NCBI RefSeq assembly: GCF_028368995.1
Contig: NZ_JAQNDL010000001.1
Coordinates: 3,008,001 to 3,072,000, forward strand
Direction: 5' to 3'
From: Nannocystis bainbridge
GTDB lineage: Bacteria > Myxococcota_A > Polyangia > Nannocystales > Nannocystaceae
DNA: 64,000 nucleotides
The translations under genes were made by a program, and so were the position numbers. Under the pieces are notes generated by a model. The model was not told the DNA's origin. It did not search any database and saw only the letters and a list, made by a program, of their open reading frames with translations. Positions 1-8,697 of the stretch are shown piece after piece. Within the stretch, counting starts at the first letter, position 1. The number at the start of each line of letters is the position of its first letter.

Positions 1-2
1 AG

Positions 3-968
3 CTCGCGCTGGCGGTCAGTCGCCCGCGACCAGCGGGCGGCGAAGAAGTCGTGGTCGAGCTTACGGATGATGTCGCGGGCCGGGACGACGAAGCGCCGGC
101 CGCCCTGCTCCTGCGCGATCATGGCGAACGCCTCGTGGCAGATGAACTGGATGAAGTACGGGTAGCCACGCGACGCCTCCACGATCGCCGCGACCGCGGC
201 GGCGTCGAAGCGAAGGGGCGAGCGTGTCACCTCGGGGGGCCGCACGATCGCCTCGCGGCTGCTCGCCTCGTCGAGCCGCTCGATCTGCAGCACCCGGAAC
301 ATCCGCTCTGCGTACGTCCGCGAGTCGACCAGCCGCGAGAACAACATCGGCAGCCCGGACAGAACGAGCATGAAACGGACCTCGCGGCGCTGGATCGACT
401 GGAACACGTCCAGCAGCAGCGCCAGCGGGTACTCCTTCGCGGATGCGTGATCGGAGAGGTTCTGCGCCTCGTCGTAAGCGAACACGATCCCACGCGGCTC
501 GACCACCTCGGCCGCGAGCGTGAGCACCTGCTTGAGCTTGTCGCTCGGCAGCCCCGGCGCACCTTCGTAGACCCGGGTCAGCAGCTCGTAGTCCAGCGTC
601 TGCTCCCGCCGCGAGCTGGTCGAGCCAAACCCGATCCTGGACAGGCTCTGCCGGCTCGACACCACGAAGCGGCTGGTCGCCAGGGCCAGGTCGGTGATGA
701 GCCGGGCCGCGATCCGCTCTTCTGACAGGCTGTTCGCCTCGGACAGGTCGGTACCGACCCACAGCCATCCGGCGTCGACGGCGATCTCGCGGAACCGCTC
801 GAGCAGGACGGTCTTGCCGACCCCGCGCATGCCGGTGACCACCGCATTGCTGAGGATGACCTCCTGGCCCAGCAGCTTGCGAAACTCGGTTTGCTCCGGC
901 TCCCGGCCCGCGACATGCAACGGCATGTGCCCGGCACCCGGCCGGTAGGGGTTGGCGATCCAATTCAT
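3..968 (-). CDS. P-loop (AAA/STAND-like) ATPase, runs off the left edge of the window
   Basis: Manual translation (frame absent from the ORF track): MNWIANPYRPGAGHMPLHVAGREPEQ...VVTGMRGVGKT (Walker A)...IVFAYDEAQ (Walker B)...SRGYPYFIQ. No stop before position 1. Confidence 0.85.
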   Translation of the reverse strand, partial: MNWIANPYRPGAGHMPLHVAGREPEQTEFRKLLGQEVILSNAVVTGMRGVGKTVLLERFREIAVDAGWLWVGTDLSEANSLSEERIAARLITDLALATSRFVVSSRQSLSRIGFGSTSSRREQTLDYELLTRVYEGAPGLPSDKLKQVLTLAAEVVEPRGIVFAYDEAQNLSDHASAKEYPLALLLDVFQSIQRREVRFMLVLSGLPMLFSRLVDSRTYAERMFRVLQIERLDEASSREAIVRPPEVTRSPLRFDAAAVAAIVEASRGYPYFIQFICHEAFAMIAQEQGGRRFVVPARDIIRKLDHDFFAARWSRATDRQRE

Positions 969-985
969 GTCCTCAACCATAGGTG

Positions 986-1017
986 ACTAAATTTAGCTCG
1001 CCAACTAAATTTAGCTC
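986..1017. promoter_or_regulatory. Two copies of ACTAAATTTAGCTC, each containing the perfect palindrome CTAAATTTAG; putative operator pair
   Basis: Copies at 986-999 and 1004-1017 (18-bp period), AT-rich, between the divergent ATPase and SDR starts. Confidence 0.55.
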
Positions 1018-1099
1018 CTCGCCGAACAACCCTGTACGTCCGACCTCACGCCCTCGCGGCTTGCCCGCGCGGCCCGGCGTTTGCGACGCTGCGGGCGTC

Positions 1100-1879
1100 A
1101 TGTTCGGCAAGCCCATCATCGATCTCAGCGACAAGGTAGCGATCGTCACCGGCTCGAGCCGCGGGATCGGGCGGGCGATCGCCGAGCACCTGGCGCGGGC
1201 CGGCGCGCGCGTCGTCATCTCGAGCCGCAAGCCGACCCCGTGCGACGAGGTCGCCGAGGCGATCCGCGGCGCCGGCGGGCAGGCGATCGCGGCCGCGTGC
1301 AACATCTCCGAGCGCGGCCAGGTCGACGCCCTCGTCGACCGCGCCCTCGCCGAGTGGGGCAAGGTCGACATCCTCGTCTGCAACGCCGCCACCAACCCGT
1401 ACTTCGGCTCGCTCGACGGCCTCGGCGACGAGGTCTTCCACAAGATCATGCACAACAACGTGCTCTCGAACCTGTGGCTGGCCAAGCGCGTGGCCCCCGG
1501 GATGATCGAGCGGCGCGACGGCGCGATCCTCATGATCTCGAGCATCGGCGGCCTGCGCGGCGACCCGCTGATCGGCGCCTACAACATGTCCAAGGCCGCC
1601 GACATGCAGCTCGTGCGCAGCCTCGCCGTCGAGTACGGCCCGCACAACGTCCGCGTCAACGCCATCGCCCCCGGCCTGGTCAAGACCGACTTCGCCCGCG
1701 CCCTGTGGCAGAACCCCGACCTCAAGCAGCTCGTCGAGCGCCGCACCCCGCTCGGGCGCATCGGCGACCCCGACGACATCGCCCCGGTCGCCGCCCTCCT
1801 GTGCTCCCCCGCCGGCTCGTTCATCACCGGCCAGGTGCTCGTCGCCGACGGCGGCGTCACCATCGCCGCCGCCTGGTGA
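1100..1879 (+). CDS. Short-chain dehydrogenase/reductase (SDR)
   Basis: TGSSRGIG NAD(P)-binding motif, CNAA, YNMSK catalytic motif, VNAIAPG. Confidence 0.93.
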   Translation: MFGKPIIDLSDKVAIVTGSSRGIGRAIAEHLARAGARVVISSRKPTPCDEVAEAIRGAGGQAIAAACNISERGQVDALVDRALAEWGKVDILVCNAATNPYFGSLDGLGDEVFHKIMHNNVLSNLWLAKRVAPGMIERRDGAILMISSIGGLRGDPLIGAYNMSKAADMQLVRSLAVEYGPHNVRVNAIAPGLVKTDFARALWQNPDLKQLVERRTPLGRIGDPDDIAPVAALLCSPAGSFITGQVLVADGGVTIAAAW

Positions 1880-1901
1880 TTTATTTCTCTATCCTCGCCG
1901 C

Positions 1902-2696
1902 ATGTCCGTCCGTATCGAGCGCAGCGGCCCCGTCACCACCGTCATCCTCGCCCGGCCCGAGCGGCGCAACGCGGTCGACGGGCCGACCGCCGCCGCGCTC
2001 GAGCGGGCCTTCCGTGAGTTCGACGCCGACCCCGACGCCCGCGTCGCCGTGCTGTGGGGCGAGGGCGGGCATTTCTGCGGCGGCGCCGACCTCAAGGCCC
2101 TGGCCAGCGGCGACGCCAGCAACCAGCTCCACCTCGACGCCCCGGCCGACGCGCTCGGCCGGCCGGCGCCGATGGGTCCCACGCGGCTGCTGCTGCGCAA
2201 GCCGGTGATCGCCGCCGTCAGCGGCTACGCGGTCGCGGGCGGCCTCGAGCTGGCGCTGTGGTGCGACCTGCGGGTCGCCGACGAGGACGCCGTGTTCGGC
2301 GTGTTCTGCCGCCGCTTCGGCGTGCCGCTGATCGACGGCGGCACCGTGCGTCTGCCCCGGCTCGTCGGCATGGGCCGCGCGCTCGACCTCATCCTCACCG
2401 GTCGCCCGGTCGCCGCCGCCGAGGCCCTGGCCATCGGCCTCGTCAATCGCCTCGTCCCGCCCGGCCAGGCCCGCGCCGCCGCCGAGGCCCTGGCCGCCGA
2501 GATCGCCGCCTTCCCGCAGGCGTGCCTGCAGGCCGACCGCCGCTCCGCACATGTCCAGTGGGACATGTCCCTCGAGCAAGCCCTGCTCGCCGAGGCCCAC
2601 GGCGGCGCCGACGTGATCGCCCGCGAATCGATCGCCGGGGCCCAGCGCTTCGCCGCCGGCGAAGGCCGCCACGGCACGGGCTCGACGACAAAATAA
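1902..2696 (+). CDS. Enoyl-CoA hydratase/isomerase (crotonase family)
   Basis: FCGGADL, KPVIAAVSGYAVAGGLELALWCDLR. Confidence 0.93.
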   Translation: MSVRIERSGPVTTVILARPERRNAVDGPTAAALERAFREFDADPDARVAVLWGEGGHFCGGADLKALASGDASNQLHLDAPADALGRPAPMGPTRLLLRKPVIAAVSGYAVAGGLELALWCDLRVADEDAVFGVFCRRFGVPLIDGGTVRLPRLVGMGRALDLILTGRPVAAAEALAIGLVNRLVPPGQARAAAEALAAEIAAFPQACLQADRRSAHVQWDMSLEQALLAEAHGGADVIARESIAGAQRFAAGEGRHGTGSTTK

Positions 2697-2977
2697 CCGG
2701 CCGAAGTCGCGACCGCAGCGCTCGCCTCCCGCAGGCTCCCGTCTCTGCGCCGGACCCGAAGATCATCGCCCACGATCGCGGCTCTTCGCCGGCGTGCTCC
2801 CTGCCTCCTGGCCCCGAGATCACGACCTCGCCGCCTGGCTCGCCTGACTCCGGCCTGCGCCTCGCGTCCTCCGACCTCGCTGCTGCCGAGCCCGCTCTGC
2901 TCACCGAACCGGGTTCTCCCGCCACGATGCCCGCGCCGTTGCCCGCGACGCGCGATCGCCCCTATAGTCGCGCCCGC

Positions 2978-3514
2978 ATGCAACGCCGCGAATTCGTCCT
3001 CGGGTCCCCTGCCGTCCTCGCCACCACCGCCTGCAGCAGCGCGCCCGACGAGCTGCCGCCGCCCCCGGCCAAGACGCCCGGCAAGCCCACCGCCCCGCCG
3101 GCGGCCCCGACCGCCGCGCCCACCGCGGTCGCCGACCCGCACGCCGGCCACGGCGACCACGGCGACCACGCTGGCCATCACGCTGGCGACGACGCCACCC
3201 TCACCGTCGCCACCGACTGCCTCAAGACCGGCGAGGTCTGCGTCCAGCACTGCTTCGTCCTGCTCGGCCAGGGCGACACCAGCATGGCCGCCTGCGCCCG
3301 CTCGGCCCACGAGATGCTCGCTGTCACCCGCGCCCTGCTCGTGCTCGCGGCCGGCCCCTCCGAGCACCTGCCCGCCCAGGCCAAGGTCGCCCTCGCCGTC
3401 GGCGAGCGCTGCGAGGCCGAGTGCCGCAAGCACGAGGCCAAGCACCCCGCCTGTAAGGCCTGCGCCGAGGCCTGCAAGGCCGCCGTCACCCGCTACCGCA
3501 CCCTCGCCGGTTGA
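2978..3514 (+). CDS. Csp1-like four-helix-bundle copper storage protein, Tat lipoprotein
   Basis: MQRREFVL twin-arginine signal, lipobox-like TTAC, His-rich linker, Cys-lined helices (CLKTGEVCVQHC; CEAECRKH...CKACAEACK). Confidence 0.8.
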   Translation: MQRREFVLGSPAVLATTACSSAPDELPPPPAKTPGKPTAPPAAPTAAPTAVADPHAGHGDHGDHAGHHAGDDATLTVATDCLKTGEVCVQHCFVLLGQGDTSMAACARSAHEMLAVTRALLVLAAGPSEHLPAQAKVALAVGERCEAECRKHEAKHPACKACAEACKAAVTRYRTLAG

Positions 3515-3546
3515 GCCCGCGGCCGCGGCCGCGATACATTGCGAGC

Positions 3547-4605
3547 GTGGTTCACCGCGCCGTCGTCACGCTCGCCCTGGTCCTCGCCCTGTCCGCCTGC
3601 AGCGACGCCGGTGGTGGCTCCACCGGCAACCTGACCTCGGGGACAGGTACGAGCGGCACCACCGACGAGGCGACCACCACCACCGGCGGCACCACCTCGA
3701 CCACCACCGACGCGCCGACCAGCGAGCCCGCCACCACCGGCGAGCCCGACCCCACCACCTCGACCACCACGACCTCGACCACCGGCGTGATCGAGTGTGA
3801 CGGCGGCGGGCTCGGTCCTGGCGATCACACCTTGATGCTCGACCACGACGGCGCCGCGCGGACCGCCCTCGTCCACATCCCGCCCGGTTACGACCAACTC
3901 GCGCCGGTGCCCGTGGTCCTCAACTTCCACGGCTTCACCCAGGACAGCGACGGCCAGCTCGCGCTCTCGGCCATGAACCCCGTCGCCGACGCCCATGATT
4001 TCGTCGTCGTCTATCCCCAGGGCCTCGACTACTCGTGGAACGCCGGCGAGTGCTGCGGCCTGTCGGTCGTCAACGAAGTCGACGACATCGGCTTCGTCCG
4101 CGCCCTCGTCGCTCGCCTGCAGGACGAGCTGTGCGTCGACCCCCGGCGCGTCTACGCCACCGGCATGTCGAACGGCGGCTACCTCTCCCACCGGCTCGCC
4201 TGCGAGGCCACCGACCTGATCGCCGCCATCGCCCCCGTCTCTGCCACCATCGTCATCGACCCCTGCGAGCCTGCTCGCCCGATCCCCGTCATGATGTTCA
4301 ACGGCACCACCGACATCCTCGTGCCTTATGGCGGCGGCCTCTATCAGAGCGCCCCGCAATCGTTCGCCGACTGGGCCGGCCACAATCACTGCAATGGCGC
4401 CCCCGCGGTCACCCAGCAGGCCGGCGGCGCCACCTGCGAGGCCTACGACGATTGCGACGACGACGTCACCGTCACCCTCTGCACCCTCGAGGGCATGGGC
4501 CACTGCTGGCCTGGCAACCCGGAGTGCCCGTTCGGCACGCCCAGCGTCGACCTCGACGCAAGCGCGCTCATCTGGGAGTTCTTCAGCGGCTACGCGCTGC
4601 CGTGA
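3547..4605 (+). CDS. PHB depolymerase/LpqC-family esterase lipoprotein
   Basis: LSAC lipobox, Thr-rich linker, VLNFHG, WNAGECCG, GMSNGG nucleophile, GHCWPG. Confidence 0.88.
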   Translation: MVHRAVVTLALVLALSACSDAGGGSTGNLTSGTGTSGTTDEATTTTGGTTSTTTDAPTSEPATTGEPDPTTSTTTTSTTGVIECDGGGLGPGDHTLMLDHDGAARTALVHIPPGYDQLAPVPVVLNFHGFTQDSDGQLALSAMNPVADAHDFVVVYPQGLDYSWNAGECCGLSVVNEVDDIGFVRALVARLQDELCVDPRRVYATGMSNGGYLSHRLACEATDLIAAIAPVSATIVIDPCEPARPIPVMMFNGTTDILVPYGGGLYQSAPQSFADWAGHNHCNGAPAVTQQAGGATCEAYDDCDDDVTVTLCTLEGMGHCWPGNPECPFGTPSVDLDASALIWEFFSGYALP

Positions 4606-5100
4606 TCAGCCGCGGCGGCACAGCTGATCGACCAGGCGCAGCAGCGTCGGCACGCGGTGCGGCCCGTGCATCGCCCTCACGTGCGCGGCGGCCTCGTCGT
4701 CGTCCATACCGATGGCCGTGACGAACAGGGGCCGGCGGCTGTCGCCGCGCAGCACCTCGCGGGCTGGCGCGCCGCGGAACGGATTCTTGGCCACCCCGAC
4801 CACCGGCGTCGTCTCGCCGAGCGCGTGATAGAGGTGCGCCCCGAGGCCCGGCCGGTCGGGCCCGAGCCACACGTGGCCATCGACCACCACCACCGAGGGA
4901 GGCGCCGGGCAGCGGGCCAGCGCCGCCAGCAGGCACGGCAGCTCACGCGTATAAAACGCCCCGGGCGCGTACTCGGCCGCGGCCGGGCTCGTCACCGTAT
5001 AGCTCTGAAGGACATGTTCTTCGGACCATGTCTCGAAGAGCACACAGGCAGTCACCGCCGCGTCCGGGCGGTAGTCGACGTCGAGCGCGGCGATCGCCAC
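4606..5100 (-). CDS. nfi: Endonuclease V
   Basis: ALDVDY, YAPGAFYTRELP, VVVDGHV, GLGAHL, VGVAKN, RVPTLLRLVD; GTG start at 5100. Confidence 0.88.
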   Translation of the reverse strand: MAIAALDVDYRPDAAVTACVLFETWSEEHVLQSYTVTSPAAAEYAPGAFYTRELPCLLAALARCPAPPSVVVVDGHVWLGPDRPGLGAHLYHALGETTPVVGVAKNPFRGAPAREVLRGDSRRPLFVTAIGMDDDEAAAHVRAMHGPHRVPTLLRLVDQLCRRG

Positions 5101-5319
5101 CCCTCGTCGATACCAGCTCGGGCCCGCGTGCGCGAGGGCCAAGCCGCAGCGTCTCAGGCGCGATCTTGCGCCACCCGTCGCCCGCCCGGTCCGCGCCGAC
5201 GCTCCGGCGAGCGGTGCGACCCGCCCGGCTGGACGGCGAGCAGGGCGACCCCGGCGAGCGCGCTCGACTTTCATCAAACATGACCTCCGGGACATGTCCC
5301 GAAGCACCTGCTCGAGTGA

Positions 5320-7326
5320 TTGTCGCCGACGCGCGGACAAGATACTTCCTTCGGGGTGACGACGACGTCGAAGCCACGCAGCCCCTCGAGCCGACCCTCC
5401 GCCGAGCGGCCCGTGAAGACCCCGGCCAAGGCCGCAAAGACCAAGTCGACCGCCGCGAAGAGCAAGCCGACCGCCGCCGCGAAACCGGCGAGCCGCGCTG
5501 CGACTACTGCCGCTGCGAAGCCCGCGAATCGCACTCCGACCACCGCGAAACCCGCGAGCCGCACCCCGACGAAACCCAAGCCGACCGCCGCGGCCAGGCC
5601 CGCGAGCCGCACCGCGACGGAGAAGCCCGCGAGCCGCAAGGCCGTCGCCACGCTGACCCCGCGAGCGCTGCGCTCGCCTGCCCAGGCAACGCCGGTCCCC
5701 GTGCCCTCGCGTCACGTTGAGTTCGCCGCCGGGGCGCCCGTGTCGGCCTGGGCCGACGCCAAACGGGCGGTCACGATCGCCGGCGACGGCCCGCCGCAAC
5801 CCGTCGCCCTCAAGCTCCCGAAGGGCGCCGAGATCACCGGCCTGGCCCTCGCCGACGACGGCGCCCGCCTCGGCGTGCGCGTGACCACGCCCGGCCAGGG
5901 CTCGCACATCGTCGTGATCGCGGGAGACGGCACCAGCGTCGCCCACGACGGCTGCGTGGCCGTCGGCTTCGGCGACGCCGGCGAGCTCCACCTCGCGCGC
6001 CCGAAAGAGCTCGTGCACCTGTCGCGCACCGGCGAGCCGATCGGCCAGCCGCGCCTGACCGGCGGCTATCTGGCGGCCCAGCTCCGCAGCGACGGCGCGG
6101 CCTGCTTCCCCAGCTACGGCCAGGTCCGCGTGGTCCTGCCCGACGGCCGCGTGCATGCCCTCGAAGCCGGCACGGGCGCGGTCGCGGCGACGCGCATGCA
6201 CCCCACGCTGCCGCTGGTCGCCGGCCAGTGGGTCGACGAGGGCGTGTTCCGCGTGTTCGGATGGGACGACGGCCGCGTGCTGCTCGAGGTCGCCGCGCCG
6301 TGGTGTCGCGGCGTGCTGAGCTTCGCGTTCGCCCCCGACGGCGGGGCGGTCGCGGCGATCGGCCCCGGCGCGCACGTCTACTCCCTGACGACCGGCGCCG
6401 AGGTGCTGACCTTGCCGGGCGGCCGCGAGATGACCGGCGGCTTCGTCGACGCGACCACGCTGCAAATCGGCGCCGGCCTGCGCACGACCCACCCGCTCGG
6501 CGCCCCGGCGACGATCCAGGCGCCGGTGTTCTCGCTGGCGGTCGCGGCGGACGGGCGGCTCGCGCTCGAGCGCGACGGCGGCGTCGAGCTGCGATCGCTC
6601 ACCACCGGCGAGACGGCGGCCACGCTGCCGGTGACGGGCGCCCAGCGCATCGCGTTCGCCCGCGGCGGCGCGATCGTGATCGTCGCCACCGGCGAGAGCA
6701 CGCTCGCGCTCGACGCGACGACCGGCGCCGAGCTGTTCCGCCGCCCGCACCTCGGCGAGCTGGGGGCGGATCTCGCCGTCGCGCCCGACGGCGCGAGCTT
6801 CGTCGTCGCCGACGCGACGCTGACGCGCGTCGACCTCGACGGCTGGCACCTCACCATCCTCGCCGCCGCCGACACGGGCTTCGCGGCGGTCGCCTGGAGC
6901 GGGGCGACGATCACCGCCCGCCGCGGCGAGGCCATCGTCGCCGTCGACGCAAACTCGGGCGCGCTCACAGCCGAGATGACCGTGAGCCCGGGCGCCGGCC
7001 CGATCGTCGCCACCGCCGTGTTCGGCGGCTCCTTGCTCGCCGCCACCGACGCGGCCCTGTTCGCCGCCACACTCGCGGGCCCGTCACTGCGCGGCAAGCT
7101 GGTCCAGGCCGATCTCGCGGGCCCGGTGGTGGCGAGCCGCGACGGCCAGCGCCTGTTCGTCGCCGTCACCGTCGCCGACGCGAACGAGGCGCGGATCCTC
7201 GACCCTTCCTTCGCGCCGCTCGCCCGCTTCCTCGTCGGCGACGTCACGGCCGCCGCCTTCGACGCCGACAGCACCCGGCTGGTCTTCAGCTGCGACGGTC
7301 AGCTCGAGCTCGTCGATGTTCCCTGA
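5320..7326 (+). CDS. WD40-like beta-propeller protein with a K/A/P-rich basic N-terminus
   Basis: Repeated AFAPDG/AVAADG/VAPDG blades; AAKPASR repeats at the N-terminus; start uncertain. Confidence 0.65.
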   Translation: MSPTRGQDTSFGVTTTSKPRSPSSRPSAERPVKTPAKAAKTKSTAAKSKPTAAAKPASRAATTAAAKPANRTPTTAKPASRTPTKPKPTAAARPASRTATEKPASRKAVATLTPRALRSPAQATPVPVPSRHVEFAAGAPVSAWADAKRAVTIAGDGPPQPVALKLPKGAEITGLALADDGARLGVRVTTPGQGSHIVVIAGDGTSVAHDGCVAVGFGDAGELHLARPKELVHLSRTGEPIGQPRLTGGYLAAQLRSDGAACFPSYGQVRVVLPDGRVHALEAGTGAVAATRMHPTLPLVAGQWVDEGVFRVFGWDDGRVLLEVAAPWCRGVLSFAFAPDGGAVAAIGPGAHVYSLTTGAEVLTLPGGREMTGGFVDATTLQIGAGLRTTHPLGAPATIQAPVFSLAVAADGRLALERDGGVELRSLTTGETAATLPVTGAQRIAFARGGAIVIVATGESTLALDATTGAELFRRPHLGELGADLAVAPDGASFVVADATLTRVDLDGWHLTILAAADTGFAAVAWSGATITARRGEAIVAVDANSGALTAEMTVSPGAGPIVATAVFGGSLLAATDAALFAATLAGPSLRGKLVQADLAGPVVASRDGQRLFVAVTVADANEARILDPSFAPLARFLVGDVTAAAFDADSTRLVFSCDGQLELVDVP

Positions 7327-7332
7327 CCCTCA

Positions 7333-7384
7333 TGACATGTCCATGAGAGCATGTTCTCTACGACATGTTCTATTCGACATGTCT
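7333..7384. repeat. 14-bp-period array of RRRCATGYYY-like decamers (4 units)
   Basis: tgacatgtcc 7333, gagcatgttc 7347, cgacatgttc 7361, cgacatgtct 7375. Confidence 0.85.
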
Positions 7385-7398
7385 TGAAGAAAACATCA

Positions 7399-8334
7399 TC
7401 AAGGCTGCGCGCGCCCGGGCTCGACCACGTGGACCCGCCGGCCGACCAGGTGCTCCCCCTTATTGAATCCGCGGATCCGGTAGACCGAGCGCACCTTCGG
7501 GTTGTGCGCCCACGCCTGGAAATCGGCGCCCTGCTGCAGGATGTACTCGAACCCCGCGGGCCGGCCCGGCAGCGTGCGCAGCACCTGCCCGCCCGCCAGC
7601 GGCAGCCCCTGCACGTTCGCCCGGAACTCCGGCGTGTACAAAAAGTATTGCTCGATGTTCGACAGGTACAGCAGCCCCACGCGCAGCCCCGCGGCCCGCA
7701 GCGCCTCGCCGACCGCGTGTACCGTGCCCGCGCGGGTGAAGTCGCCGCGCAGCGCGATCACCCGGCCCGCGCGCACCAGCCCCGCCACCCGCTCGTACAG
7801 GCGCGGGTCCGACAGCAGCCATGCGCGGCCCTGGCTCGCCATGTGGCGCTCGAGCTCGGCCAGGCGGCGGGCCACCGCCGGGCGCGCCTCCGTGAAGATC
7901 TCGGCCAGCGCCTCGCCGCCGGCCGCCTCGACCAGCGCCCGCGCCTCCGCCTCGCCTGCGGGCGTCCACAGCCGCGAGAACTCGGCCGGCCCTGGCGCCG
8001 CCGCGAAGAAGGCGGCGTAGATCCGGTGCAGCGCCACGATCGCCGGGTCGAGATCGATCAACACCAGCGCGCGCGCGTCGGCCCAGGCCGCGAGGATGTA
8101 GCCGGGATCGGCCGCCACCGCCACGACCACCTCGCCGACGTCCTGCACCGTGTCGGCGACGAGGTCGAGGTCGCGCTCGTTCGAGGCGAAGTAGTGCAGC
8201 CCGTTCGTCAGCGGCCCGGTGTCGCGGTCGGCCGCCAGCGCTCGCGCGGCCGCGGCGAACGCGTCGAAGTCGGCGCGCGCCGGCGCGGGCAACAGCGCGA
8301 GGACGAACAGGACCGACGATACGAAGCGACGCAC
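7399..8334 (-). CDS. Secreted hypothetical protein, possibly a methyltransferase-like fold
   Basis: Signal peptide (ARA-D); motifs HYFASNE, LIDLDP, LRGDFT, LYLSNIEQY. Confidence 0.7.
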   Translation of the reverse strand: MRRFVSSVLFVLALLPAPARADFDAFAAAARALAADRDTGPLTNGLHYFASNERDLDLVADTVQDVGEVVVAVAADPGYILAAWADARALVLIDLDPAIVALHRIYAAFFAAAPGPAEFSRLWTPAGEAEARALVEAAGGEALAEIFTEARPAVARRLAELERHMASQGRAWLLSDPRLYERVAGLVRAGRVIALRGDFTRAGTVHAVGEALRAAGLRVGLLYLSNIEQYFLYTPEFRANVQGLPLAGGQVLRTLPGRPAGFEYILQQGADFQAWAHNPKVRSVYRIRGFNKGEHLVGRRVHVVEPGRAQP

Positions 8335-8371
8335 CGCGGCCTTACGCCCCGGCGCTCGCCGTCATTCCGGC

Positions 8372-8644
8372 TCAGCCGTGGAAGCCGGAGCCGTCCCAGT
8401 GGTGCGCCGGATCGGGGTAGAACAGCGCGCCGCCGGTGTCGCGGTACTCCTGGCAGATCAGCACCAGCCACCCGCCGGGCACGCGGGTTCGATACGTCTC
8501 GATGTTGTTGCTCGCCGTGAGGCGCTCCCACACCACCTGGGGGCGCTTCATCCCGCGCTCGGTCCAGTAGGTCTCGCTGTTGGGGTCGCCTTCGGACTCG
8601 TAGCCGCCCTCGTCATCGCCCCGCATCATGTTGCTGATCGCCAT
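8372..8644 (-). CDS. Small hypothetical protein (RTRVPGGWLV...FYPDPAHHWDG)
   Basis: Protein-like composition and GC3 bias; start uncertain (8644, 8629 or 8551). Confidence 0.6.
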   Translation of the reverse strand: MAISNMMRGDDEGGYESEGDPNSETYWTERGMKRPQVVWERLTASNNIETYRTRVPGGWLVLICQEYRDTGGALFYPDPAHHWDGSGFHG

Positions 8645-8697
8645 GGCAAGGGCGATGGTGACATAGCCCCGGGGACGCGACCAGGGGGCGCCCACCA

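Noticed and set aside
51-963. ORF-track entries 51-725 (+) and 61-963 (-)
   Set aside because: The real gene is in another minus frame starting at 968, with Walker A and B motifs; the track missed it because it has no stop in the window.
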